Position numbers and translations under genes: made by a program | NCBI GenBank assembly: GCA_963755915.1 | Contig: CAVWLP010000002.1 | Coordinates: forward strand, 3,360,001 to 3,424,000 | Direction of reading: 5' to 3' | From: an uncultured Phycisphaerales bacterium | Lineage (GTDB): Bacteria > Planctomycetota > Phycisphaerae > Tepidisphaerales > Tepidisphaeraceae | DNA length: 64,000 bases | Part shown: piece by piece, positions 10,574 through 20,471 of the stretch | Layout of the letters: each line of letters begins with the position of its first letter | Numbering within the stretch: position 1 is the first letter of the stretch | Notes under the pieces: model-generated | Seen by the model: only the letters and a program-made list of their open reading frames with translations | What the model was told of the DNA's origin: nothing | Database searches by the model: none

Positions 10574-10822
10574 CACTTTTGAGGTTTTTGTTTGTGGATA
10601 CTAGCTTCCTTGCGGGGCGTATCTGTTGGTGGGGGAAGGGGTTGGGAGTAATTGGGGGGCGAGGGGCTTCCGATCACCGGAAAAAGTGTTCGATTTGTCT
10701 CGATTTTGCTTTTTCCGGGTTTTAATCGCGCCGCCGGCGCGGCCGCCTTAGCTGGGAATTTCTTACATCCGCCAGAAGCACTTTCTGTTCACCAAGCCGC
10801 TTGGGCTATACTTGCGATTCGG

Positions 10823-12139
10823 ATGTTCCCCGATTCGCCGGCCCCGCTGACCCTGGGCAAATCCATACAGATTTCGATTTTCGCCGCGCTCCTGCTCTTA
10901 TTCTTCTTCGGCTCAATAGCCCAAGCCTCCCCTCCCGCGGTCGTCGACGCCTCAACGCTCACCGGCAAAATCATGTGCGGCTACCAGGGCTGGTTCGGCG
11001 CTCCCGGCGATGGCTCAAAACTCAAACGCTGGATTCACTGGGGAACCAATGCCATGTCCCCCGGCACCGCAACGGTCGACCTCTGGCCGGATATGTCCGA
11101 ACTCGATCCCGATGAACAATTTTTCACCGGCTTCCATTTCCTAGGCGGCCGTGTGGCCACGGTCTTCAGCTCCTTTAGCTCCAAAACCGTGATGCGGCAT
11201 TTTCAGTGGATGCGCGAATACGGAATCGATGGCATCTTCCTTCAGCGCTTTGCCACGGGCCTGGGCAACGATGCCGTGATGGATCACTACGATCACGTCC
11301 TCGCCAGCGTCCGCGCCGGCGCGAATGCCAACGGCCGCGTCTTTGGCTTGATGTACGACCTCTCCGGCCTGCGCGACAGCGACGTCGGCCGGGTCATCGC
11401 GGATTGGAAACATCTCACCGACGACCTGGGCATGACGCGCGACCCCCGCTACATTCATCATCACGGCAAACCCGTTGTCGCACTCTGGGGAATCGGCTTC
11501 GCCGATCGCAAAGACCCGCTCCTCGCCGGCGGTGGCCTGCGCCTGGTCCATTTCCTGTCCACCGACCAAACCTATGGCAACAACTGCGTCATGCTCGGTG
11601 TTCCGACCAACTGGCGCATCGGCGGCGGTGATTCTGCCGACAGCGCCGGGCTCCTCGCGGTGATCAACGCCGCCGATATCATCAGCCCCTGGACGGTCGG
11701 CCGATACAGCAACCTGAACCAGATCAAATCGCACGCCGCCAATCGCTGGGCGCCGGACCAGCAGTGGTGCTCTGCCCACGGCAAGGAATATATGCCCGTG
11801 GTTTTCCCCGGCTTCAGTTGGCACAACCTCCGCCACGGCAAATCACCCCTGAACCAGATTCCCCGCCTCGGCGGCCGCTTCCTCTGGGCCCAGTACGCCG
11901 CCGCAAAACAATCCGGCGCGACCATGGTCTATCAGGCCATGTTCGACGAAGTCGATGAAGGCACCGCGATTTTCAAATGTGCCAACGATGTGCCGGACGG
12001 CGAGGGCAAAAGCGAGTTTCTTACTTATGAGGGTCTGCCAAGTGATTTTTATTTGAAGCTGGTTGGCGAAGCTTCCCAGCTGATTCGAGGAGAAATCACC
12101 GCGGATGACGAAAAGCTCATTGGGGCGTCAAGCAGATAG
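10823..12139 (+). CDS. Secreted glycoside hydrolase, GH71/GH99-like
   Basis: Signal peptide, GKIMCGYQGWF, HFQWMREYGIDGIFLQRF, MYDLSG, SPWTVGRY, PVVFPGFSW, AMFDEVDEGTAIFK. Confidence 0.85.
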   Translation: MFPDSPAPLTLGKSIQISIFAALLLLFFFGSIAQASPPAVVDASTLTGKIMCGYQGWFGAPGDGSKLKRWIHWGTNAMSPGTATVDLWPDMSELDPDEQFFTGFHFLGGRVATVFSSFSSKTVMRHFQWMREYGIDGIFLQRFATGLGNDAVMDHYDHVLASVRAGANANGRVFGLMYDLSGLRDSDVGRVIADWKHLTDDLGMTRDPRYIHHHGKPVVALWGIGFADRKDPLLAGGGLRLVHFLSTDQTYGNNCVMLGVPTNWRIGGGDSADSAGLLAVINAADIISPWTVGRYSNLNQIKSHAANRWAPDQQWCSAHGKEYMPVVFPGFSWHNLRHGKSPLNQIPRLGGRFLWAQYAAAKQSGATMVYQAMFDEVDEGTAIFKCANDVPDGEGKSEFLTYEGLPSDFYLKLVGEASQLIRGEITADDEKLIGASSR

Positions 12140-12225
12140 CGTTGGGGGCAAGAATGCCATTGCCTTCGACCGCCTTCGGCTCTGAGGCTCAGGCTCGATG
12201 AGAGCACGCCGAAGACCGGCGGCAC

Positions 12226-12282
12226 TTAAAACGCGAAGGCACCGTTTTCGTCGGAGCGCTCCCAGGCGTCGGCGACGGTGCC
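12226..12282 (-). repeat. Displaced copy 1 of the DUF1326 gene 3' end
   Basis: Translates GTVADAWERSDENGAFAF*, versus GTLADAWERSDENGAFYGAFAF* in the intact gene (16294-16362). Confidence 0.9.
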
Positions 12283-12311
12283 AGGGGAGTTTTCTGTGGG
12301 TGCAAGCACCC

Positions 12312-12480
12312 ACAGCTTTGATATGGGGCGGGATTGGATGGCGGGGATCAAGCGGCCAGGCTGATCGTTTTCGGTAGGGCCCCAGCATGGGCATGCTGGC
12401 GCTTTGCGTGGGATATTGGGCGGTGGAACAGTGGGGGGCTAAAACGCAAACGCGCCGTAGAAAGCACCGTTTTCGTCTGA
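12312..12480 (-). repeat. Displaced copy 2 of the DUF1326 3' end plus about 130 bp of downstream sequence
   Basis: 12439-12480 translates SDENGAFYGAFAF*. 12312-12438 aligns by eye with 16162-16293 (CAGCTTTGATA...GGCGGG.ATC...GATCGTTT...CCCAGC.TGG...GGGATATT...GTGGAACAG). Confidence 0.9.
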
Positions 12481-12645
12481 ACCCTTGTCGCGACGTTTTG
12501 GGTTTTGAAAGCTGATAGCTAATTCCTGCTCGAAAAATTTGATAAATTTGCTATACCTGTTATCTTACGGCTTCAACTACAGGACTGGACACCGCGCTGC
12601 AAATCTTGAAGTAGTTTGGGGAGAGAGCCTGAGCTTCGGACAGGG

Positions 12646-15265
12646 GTGGAAGGCGAGAGAAAATGCGCAGCCTCGACAAGGCGTTTTTGCCGCCAGAGAG
12701 TTCTTGCGCGGGCAGCGAGACTGGCGCTCATGGCGGCTGGCGCGGGGCTCTTCGGCGCGGATCGTGTTGGGTGGGCGGCCAGCGGGACCTGGAACGGCAG
12801 CAACGGATCGGGCGATAGCTATGAAATTGGGGATAACTGGGATTTCGGCGGGACGTTTTCCAACCCGGCGGTCGGGGACAGCCTCAGCATCAACTCCGGG
12901 GTTTCGACGTTCACGAACCCCAATGGGAGTGGCGATCTGATGCTTTCAAGTGCAAGCGGCGACGGGGAAAGCCTGACGGTCAATGGCGGAGAGCTTCAGA
13001 CGATTTTGACTTCGGGGGGAAGCGAGTCGGGGATCGCGCTGGATAATCAAGGGACGCTTGCCGTGACGGGCGGGACCGTGAATACCGCTGGCGAACTCGT
13101 CATCGGACTTGATGCCGGCAACAGCGCCGGAGCATCGTTCAGCGGGACGGCGGACGTGGCGGTGGATACCGCAGTCAATCCGGGGACCGATCCTACGATT
13201 TACGTGGGGTACCAGGGGATGGGAAATGTAACCGAATCGCAGCAGGCGAATGTCGCGGGCGAGAACCTGGTTCTTGGGGCGATGAGCGGATCGTCGGGAA
13301 CGTACAATTTGGAAGGAGGAAGCTTGTTGCTGCAGGGGACGGTTGCGGTAGGTGGAAGTGTGAGCTCCGCGGGGGGAACGGGGTCTTTGGACATATCGGG
13401 CGGAAGCCTGAGCTCTTCGGGGCTAATCGTTTGGGGTAGCGCAAACAGGGATAAGCATCTCAAGCGGATCGGTGAGCACGGGCACGGTGAGCGTGAACGG
13501 AGGGGGTTATAGCCAATCGGGCGGGAGTTTGATCGCGGGGAGCGCTAACTTTTCCGATGCGGGTTCATTTTCGTTTACGGGAGGGACGATCGCGATCAGC
13601 GGTGGGACGCTGACGCCTGACCAATCCGGGTTTACGGTGAGCGATCCATCGGGGAGCTCGGAATATTTGGGTTTCCAGATCAGCGGCGTGGCGATGTCGG
13701 CGATCGGGCCGACGCTTACGCTGCAAAGCGGCGGAAAGTGCACGATTTCGAACAATATTTGCATCGGAAACAGTGGCGGCCCGGGGAGCGTGAGCATTAC
13801 GGGAACAGGTTCGTCCCTAACCAGCAGCAGCGGGGAGATATTTGTGGGAATTGGGGAAGATGACGAGGTTGCGGGAAACGGAACGCTGACATTAAGCGCC
13901 GGGGGGCAGGTCAGCGGCTCAGTCGCGCTGATCGGCTACGACTATGGAACGGGCCTGGGGACGGTGGATGGGGCTGGCTCTGAACTACGCGGGACATCCG
14001 GGCTGGCAGTGGGAGATGATTACGGAAGCGGAACGATCCATCTGACCAATGGCGGGGAAGCGAGTGCCGTTTTCTATGCGGTGATTGGCTATAACAACGG
14101 GAATGGCGCGGCCACCGCGGATGGGAATGGTTCGGAGTTTGTAACGGGGGGATTGCTGTATGACGGTTATTTCGGAGGAATAGGCTCGTTGACGGTGACC
14201 AACGGCGCAGGCGTACAGAGCGCCGGCGCGATCGTCGGAGGAGCCGGGGGAACGGGTTCGCTCACTCTCAGCGGCGCCGGATCGAACTGGACATCGAGCG
14301 CTTCGGTTTTCGTCGGGGGCGACCCTGATGGAAATCTTGGGGAAGGCGCTGTCACGGTGAACGCGGGCGCTTCCGTCGCGATTGCGAGGACGCTGAAGAT
14401 TTGGAACTCGGTTGGCACGTCGGTGAACCTGGCGGGCGGGACGATAAAAACTGCGTCGCTGGATACGAGCGGGAATGGAAATCTGCTGGATTGGACTTCC
14501 GGGACTTTGCAGATAACCGGGTCCGGGGGTCTTACCATTGGCCCCACCGGAACGCTCGAAAATACGACCCTGTCGGTGGGACAGACCCTGGACGTGACGA
14601 GCACACTGACAATTCAATCGGGGGGATTACTCGAGATGCCCGGCGGACAAATGACCGCGGGGGGCCTCGTGATCAATTCGGGCGGGACGCTGGACGTTGC
14701 CAACAGCCATTTCATCATAAATTATGGCTCCGGGTCGGATCCTGTGAAAACCATCGCGGGATATATTGCGAGCGGATTTAATAATGGGAACTGGAACGGA
14801 ACGGGAATCATTTCGTCTACCGCCCAGAATCCAACGAATGGTTTGCGATACGGGGTGGGATGGGCGGATGGAGCCGATCGGGTGGTTGCGGGACTCACTT
14901 CAGGTGAGATCGAGGTAAAGTACACGCTGCTTGGGGATGCGAATCTGGATGGAGTGGTGAATGGCTCAGACTTCAGCATCCTGGCGGCGAATTTTGGGAA
15001 GGGTGTGACGAATTGGGACCAGGGGAATTTTCTATTCACTTCGTCGGTGAATGGATCGGATTTCAGCGCGCTGGCAGCGAATTTCGGGCAGGGAGATTCG
15101 GGAGCGGATGTGGGGGTTTCACAAGCGGATATCGCTGCGTTGGATGCGTTTGCAGCGGCAAATGGGCTGGTGGCCCAGGTGCCGGAGCCTGGGTGCGCGG
15201 CACTGGCGGGGATCGCGCTGGTTTTTGCGGCGCGGCGACGGGGACAGCCAAGCCCTCGGCCTTAG
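12646..15265 (+). CDS. Large Gly/Ser/Thr-rich surface protein with beta-strand repeats, dockerin-like domain and PEP-CTERM tail (frameshift at about 13440-13470)
   Basis: Repeated L.VG..G.G.L.VT.GG units, GDANLDGVVNGSDFSILAANFG / VNGSDFSALAANFG duplication, and C-terminal VPEP + hydrophobic stretch + RRR. Confidence 0.88.
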
Positions 15266-15271
15266 AAACAA

Positions 15272-16051
15272 TCAGTTCAAACCCTGCTGGGCGAGGCGAA
15301 ATTTCTTTGCGAGTCCCGCACAGAAGAGCACCGACATCAAAACGCCGCCGCCCCAGAAGGACGCCGGAAGGGCGGCGACAGGGGTGCTTCCAAAAGTCGG
15401 ACTTCCGGGAACATAGACGCTGCTGATGTCGAGTGCGCCGCTGCTATCGTAAGAAGCAACCGGCGATGTCGTAAATCCGGTCGTTGGCACTGCGGTAATC
15501 GTGAGGGTTCCGATTAGCGTGGTGCCCGAGATTGTGCTTCCGCTGTAAGAGTAGCTGAGATTCGTGAAGCCGGCAGTGCCGTAAGTTTTAGCGTTCTGGT
15601 CGAGAAGATTTCCCATGGCGGGTGGAGTATCGCCGATGGACGAACTAAACATAAAAGGTCCGGTGGACGAGGAGACGGCGTTGTAGTAAGTGCTGGTGGT
15701 TTGGGAGAAGGATCCGTAGGAGGACAAGCCTGGTATTGAGAGGGTTGCGCCGGAGAAGCCGGCGATATTATAGATGACGAAGCCGTTGCCGTTTGTAACG
15801 AGAGCGTTTGTGTCAATGCTGACGGTGTAGTTGTAAACGCCCGAAATTGGATTGAACGCGGCGGATGTAACACTAATGGTGTCGGCGTCGACGGCGTGAC
15901 AGCGTAAATGGAAGCAAGCGAGAGCGAAAACCGATAGTATGCCGCGCACGAGCCGCCCGGCTTTATCCCACTTGCGGGCAGGACAGATTTTTACGGCTCT
16001 TTTCATTTTCTCCATCCCTACGGCAAGCCAGGGAAGCGCCTCGAAATGCAT
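15272..16051 (-). CDS. Secreted Ser/Thr-rich protein with VPLPA-CTERM-like exosortase signal
   Basis: N-terminal hydrophobic signal. C-terminal PVAALPASFWGGGVLMSVLFCAGLAKKFR. Start position uncertain. Confidence 0.75.
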   Translation of the reverse strand: MHFEALPWLAVGMEKMKRAVKICPARKWDKAGRLVRGILSVFALACFHLRCHAVDADTISVTSAAFNPISGVYNYTVSIDTNALVTNGNGFVIYNIAGFSGATLSIPGLSSYGSFSQTTSTYYNAVSSSTGPFMFSSSIGDTPPAMGNLLDQNAKTYGTAGFTNLSYSYSGSTISGTTLIGTLTITAVPTTGFTTSPVASYDSSGALDISSVYVPGSPTFGSTPVAALPASFWGGGVLMSVLFCAGLAKKFRLAQQGLN

Positions 16052-16293
16052 CCAAGAGCTCGACTTTTAGCATGGAATATCAAAATATAGCGGTCGTGTC
16101 AATCAAATTAACAATTGATTTATCCCGAGTTAAGCCTCTCCGGTTCATCGGGCGCCGGCCTCCAGCTTTGATAATAAGGTCGATATTTAGGGCGGGTATC
16201 GAGGGGCGAGGCGGATCGTTTGTTCGGGAGAGCCCAGCGTGGCCGTGCTAGGGCTTTACGGGGGGATATTTTGGGAGTGGAACAGAGGAGTCG

Positions 16294-16944
16294 CTAGAAC
16301 GCAAACGCGCCGTAGAAGGCGCCGTTTTCGTCGGAGCGCTCCCATGCGTCGGCGAGTGTGCCGGCGGAATATTGGGCATCGACCGTGTATCCGACCATGC
16401 CATTGGTTAGCTTTTGGATGGGGGTGTACCAGACGAGGTTCGGCTGTTTGCAGCAGGCCATGTCGGGCATCGACTGAACGTCCATGCTGGCGAAGCCTGG
16501 CGAGGAGACGGTGTACTCGTCGTCGATGTGCTGGAATTGGATCGGCCCGCGGCGGATGGCGGTGACGGTGCCGAGGGCGGAGCGATTGCGGGAAATAATT
16601 GCGTTGATCGCGGCGTCGGATTGGGCTCGGGTGGCGGAGCTGTCGACCAGGATTTCGCATTTGCGCGGTGCGGATTGGTCTTTCAGGTTCGCGCTGCAGG
16701 TTACGACGGCCATGACGCGGACGCCGGTGATGTCTGTGCCGTGCCATTGGCCGGAGGTGAAGTTCCAGGCCATGACGGCGTCGTCGCCGGTGGTGACCCA
16801 TTCGCCGTTATAGTGGCAGGGGCCGGCGAAGACACTGGCGGTGCGGGCTTCGACATAATTGCCCGCCGGGCGGGAGGCGACGGTTGGGTTTTTTGAAGAG
16901 GGGATCAGGGTGGAGATCAGGGCGATGGCGAATGCGATGTTCAT
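16294..16944 (-). CDS. DUF1326-like secreted protein
   Basis: Signal peptide and GNYVEARTASVFAGPCHYNGE...AVMAW motif recalled for this family. GAGG RBS. Confidence 0.75.
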   Translation of the reverse strand: MNIAFAIALISTLIPSSKNPTVASRPAGNYVEARTASVFAGPCHYNGEWVTTGDDAVMAWNFTSGQWHGTDITGVRVMAVVTCSANLKDQSAPRKCEILVDSSATRAQSDAAINAIISRNRSALGTVTAIRRGPIQFQHIDDEYTVSSPGFASMDVQSMPDMACCKQPNLVWYTPIQKLTNGMVGYTVDAQYSAGTLADAWERSDENGAFYGAFAF

Positions 16945-16957
16945 GTGGTCCTCGCAA

Positions 16958-17290
16958 TCATAATTTGCTTTTGTCCAGAGCCGAGCGATAGCAGGATCGG
17001 CCTGGGACGCAGTCTTCGGGGGCGACGATGTTGCCGTCGGGGCCGACGACCTGCTGTGTATGATAGCACCAGCAGTGGCCGCTGGGGTCTAAATAATCTT
17101 CGGGTTTAGTGGCGATCTGGTCGAGGAGGAAGAATTTTTTGGAGCGTAAATCTCCGCAGAATGGGGTGTTGGGCGCGGCGCGAGAAGGTAGAGCAGTGGA
17201 AGGGGCGGACACGGGCCGGGGACGGCCCGGCTCAGGCTCGAGGTCGGAGCGAGGTTGGGTGGGGGAGGGCGCGTGGGAGTCGTTATGCAT
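16958..17290 (-). CDS. Small Cys/His-rich hypothetical protein
   Basis: FCGDLRSKK...HCWCYHTQQVVGPDG...CVPGRSCY. Overlaps the stop of the FAD subunit gene. Confidence 0.7.
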   Translation of the reverse strand: MHNDSHAPSPTQPRSDLEPEPGRPRPVSAPSTALPSRAAPNTPFCGDLRSKKFFLLDQIATKPEDYLDPSGHCWCYHTQQVVGPDGNIVAPEDCVPGRSCYRSALDKSKL

Positions 17291-18284
17291 TTTTGATTCC
17301 GTTGAGTGCTCGGCGGACGAGGGCTTTGGCCAGCGGGACTTTATAGGCGTTATGTTGGAGCGGCGCGGCGCCCTGGAGGGCGGCTTCGGCGGCGTCGTGA
17401 ATGGTTTGGCTGGTCAGGGGTTTGCCGACGAGGGTGGCCTCGGCGTTCTGAACTCGCCAGGGGATTGGGGCGACGGCGCCGAGGACCAGACGGGCCTGAC
17501 GAACGGTGCCGTCGGGGGCGAGATCGACGGTCGCGGCGGCGGCGACCATCGCGAAATCGAGGGATTCGCGCTCCTTGAATTTGACGTAGATCGATCGCGC
17601 GGCGAATGCGGTCGCGGGGACGTGGATCTGGGTGATGATTTCGCCGTCCTGCAAGATGTTTTCGACGGAGGCGTTTTCGCTGGGGAGGGTGAAGAATTTT
17701 GTGATGGGGACGTCTTTTGCGCCGCTGGGGCCGTTGATGGTGATGGTGGCGTCGAGGGCGCTGAGCATGTTTCCGAGGTCGGACGGGTGGACGATGAAGG
17801 AGGGGCCGCCGCCGAGGATGGCGTTATATTTGTTCTGGCCATTTTCGGAGTAGCAGGTGTCGCCCCCTTTTTTGAGGCAGACAACGTGAGGGAGGCGGAA
17901 ATACCAGCAGCGCGGGCGCTGGCAGAGATTGCCGCCGATGGTGCCGAGATTGCGGAGCTGGACCGTGGCGATGGAATGGGCGGCCTGGGCGATGCCGGCG
18001 AAATGTTTGATGATCTGGGGGTTGGATTCGATGTCGCAGAGTTTTGTCAGGGCGCCGATTTTTAGTCCGGTTGTTGGAGAGTATTCGATTCCGTCGAGGC
18101 CGGAGATTGTTTTCAGATTGACGACGCGCTTGGGGGTGAGGATGCGCTCCTTCATGTTGGTGAGGAGATCCTGGCCGCCGGACATGGGGCGGGGGGATTC
18201 GGATTCGTCGTCGGCCTGGACTTCGCTGAGGAGCCGGACGGCGTCGGCGATTGTCGTGGCGTTGGACCATTCGAAGGCTTTCAT
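17283..18284 (-). CDS. Xanthine dehydrogenase family FAD-binding subunit (YagS/PaoB-like)
   Basis: GGQDLL, QLRNLGTIGGNLCQRPRCWYFR..C.KKGG..C (PaoB-type Cys insertion), VLGAVAPIPWR, NAYKVPL. Confidence 0.92.
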   Translation of the reverse strand: MKAFEWSNATTIADAVRLLSEVQADDESESPRPMSGGQDLLTNMKERILTPKRVVNLKTISGLDGIEYSPTTGLKIGALTKLCDIESNPQIIKHFAGIAQAAHSIATVQLRNLGTIGGNLCQRPRCWYFRLPHVVCLKKGGDTCYSENGQNKYNAILGGGPSFIVHPSDLGNMLSALDATITINGPSGAKDVPITKFFTLPSENASVENILQDGEIITQIHVPATAFAARSIYVKFKERESLDFAMVAAAATVDLAPDGTVRQARLVLGAVAPIPWRVQNAEATLVGKPLTSQTIHDAAEAALQGAAPLQHNAYKVPLAKALVRRALNGIKNA

Positions 18285-18291
18285 GGGGAGC

Positions 18292-20471
18292 TCAAGCTTT
18301 CTGGGTTAGGCCCATGATGATTTTGTCGGGGGTGATGGGGAGTTGGCGGACGCGGACGCCGCAGGCGTTGAAGACGGCGTTGGCGATGGCGGCGGCGGGG
18401 GGGACGGAGGGGGGTTCGCCTACGCCGACCACCGCCTGGCGCGGGTCGTCGTCATCGATCAGGGGGAGCATTTCTTCGGGCATTTCGAGGCAGCCGGCCA
18501 TTTTGTAGTCCATGAAACTGGAGTTGACCATGACGCCGAGGGTTTCGTCCATGACGCGGCCTTCGAGGAGGGCCATGCCGATTCCCTGGACCATACCGCC
18601 GTTGATCTGGCTTTCGACGGCGAGACGATTGAGGGGGAGGCCACAATCCTGGACGTCGAGAATGCGGATGACGCGGATGTGGCCGGTTTCGGTGTCGACT
18701 TCGACTTCGGCGAAGCAGGCGCCGTGAGCGCCGCCGGAGGAGAGGCCGGGCTTCCATTGGCCGAGGACGTCTACGCCTGCGGAGGGGAGGGCGAGGCAGG
18801 CTTGTTCCCAGGAGAGGGAATTTTTGCCGGCGCTGACGGTGCGGTTGGTGAAGACGAGGTCTTCGGGCTGGGCGCCGAGGATGGGGGCGACGCGCTTGGC
18901 GATTTCGGCCTTGGCGTTCATGGCGGCGTCTTTGACCGCAGGTGACAGAGAGGGGGCGGTGGAGGAGCCGCCGGAGAAGTTGGCTTCGGTGAGTCGGGTG
19001 TCGCCGATTTGTTCTTTGACGTCGGCCATTTCCAGGCCGAGTTCTTCGGCGACGATGGCGACCATGTAGGTGCGGGTTCCGGTGCCGAGGTCCTGGGTGC
19101 CGCAGGAGACATTGACGGAGCCGTCGCGCTGGACGGTGAGGTTGACGATGCACTGGGGGCGACCTGCGCCGCCCCAGATTCCGCAGGCGCAGCCGAAGCC
19201 GCGCTTGAGAACGCCGGGGGTTGCGCCGGGGGTCATGCTGCGGCGGACCCAGCCGATTTCGCGTGCGCCGCGCTGGAGCTGGCGGATGTGGTCATCATCG
19301 GCGCGGAGATTTTTGATGCGGAATTCGACGGGATCGGTGTTGAGCTTATAGGCCAGCTCGTCCATGAGGGATTCCATGGCGAAACAGGCGGGGGGATGAC
19401 CGGGGCGTGCAGGGGGCGGGAGGCGTCTTCGTTGGTGTAGATGGAGCCGGCGTTTCGGAAGATGTGATCGGCGTGATAGATGTAGGGCTGGCCTGCGAGG
19501 CTGCCGTTGGCGAGGCCACCGAGGCCGTATTGCTCGATGCTGATGGCGTTGAGGGTTCCGTCGCGGTTGGCGCCGGCGCGGAATCTTTGCAGGCTGCCCG
19601 GGCCATTGCCGGCCATTAAGAATTCGTCGCGGCGGGGGAGGGCCATTTTTACAGGGGCGTTGGCTTGTTGGGAGAGGAAGCAGGCGAGCTGGCCTTCGAT
19701 GCCGATGCCCCCCTTGGAGCCGAATCCGCCGCCCATGTAGTGGACGATTCCGACGACTTTGCTTTCGTCGAGCTTGAGGATTCGGGCGGCGTCGCCGGGG
19801 ATGGAGAAGGTGCCCTGGGTGGAGCAGTAGACGGTTGCGCTGTCTCCGCCGCGATAATCGACGGCGACGACGTGGGTTTCGAGGCAGGTGTGATGGAGGC
19901 GCGGGGTGCGGTATTCGGCTTCGACGAGTACGTCGGAGGATTTCAGGGCGTCTTCGACGGTTGCGGCGTTTCCGGATGAGTTGGTGTGGCGGATGTTGTT
20001 TTTCACGCGGCGGTCGTTGGGATAGACCGAGGGGGCGCCGGGCTTGATGGCCTGATCGGGAGTTACGGCGTGCGGAAGGACGTCGTATTCGACGTCGATC
20101 GCGTAGATCGCGTCTTCGGCGATTTCGGTGGTTACCGCGGCGACGGCGGCGATGGGGTCGCCTTCAAATCGCAAAACGCCGCCGACTTTGGCGCGGGCGT
20201 AGACGGCTTTTACGCCGGGGATTTTTTGGGCGGCGGAGAGATCTAGTTTGGTGATGCGGGCGCTAGCGTGAGGGGAGGTGAGGATGCGGCCGTAGAGCAT
20301 TCCCGGGAGTTTGACGTCGTAGGAATAGATGGCGGTGCCGGTTGTTTTATAGGGGAAATCGACGCGGGGGAGGCGCGTGTTGATGAGGCGATGTTGGTCG
20401 TTGGGGCCCCAGGAAAGTTTCTCGGGGGCCGAGGGATTTGCGGGCGCGGCTTGCATGTTGGCTTCAGCCAT
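18292..20471 (-). CDS. Xanthine dehydrogenase family molybdopterin-binding subunit (YagR/PaoC-like), frameshifted at about 19390
   Basis: KTTGTAIYSYD, HTCLETH, YMGGGFGSK, GTQDLGTGT, GGSSTA, FAEVEVDTETG, SQINGGMVQGIGMAL, GVGEP. Confidence 0.92.

Noticed and set aside
9116-10582. 488-aa transposase running through the right IR
   Set aside because: The extension beyond about 10345 is a frameshift artefact. The natural end is at 10410, inside the element.
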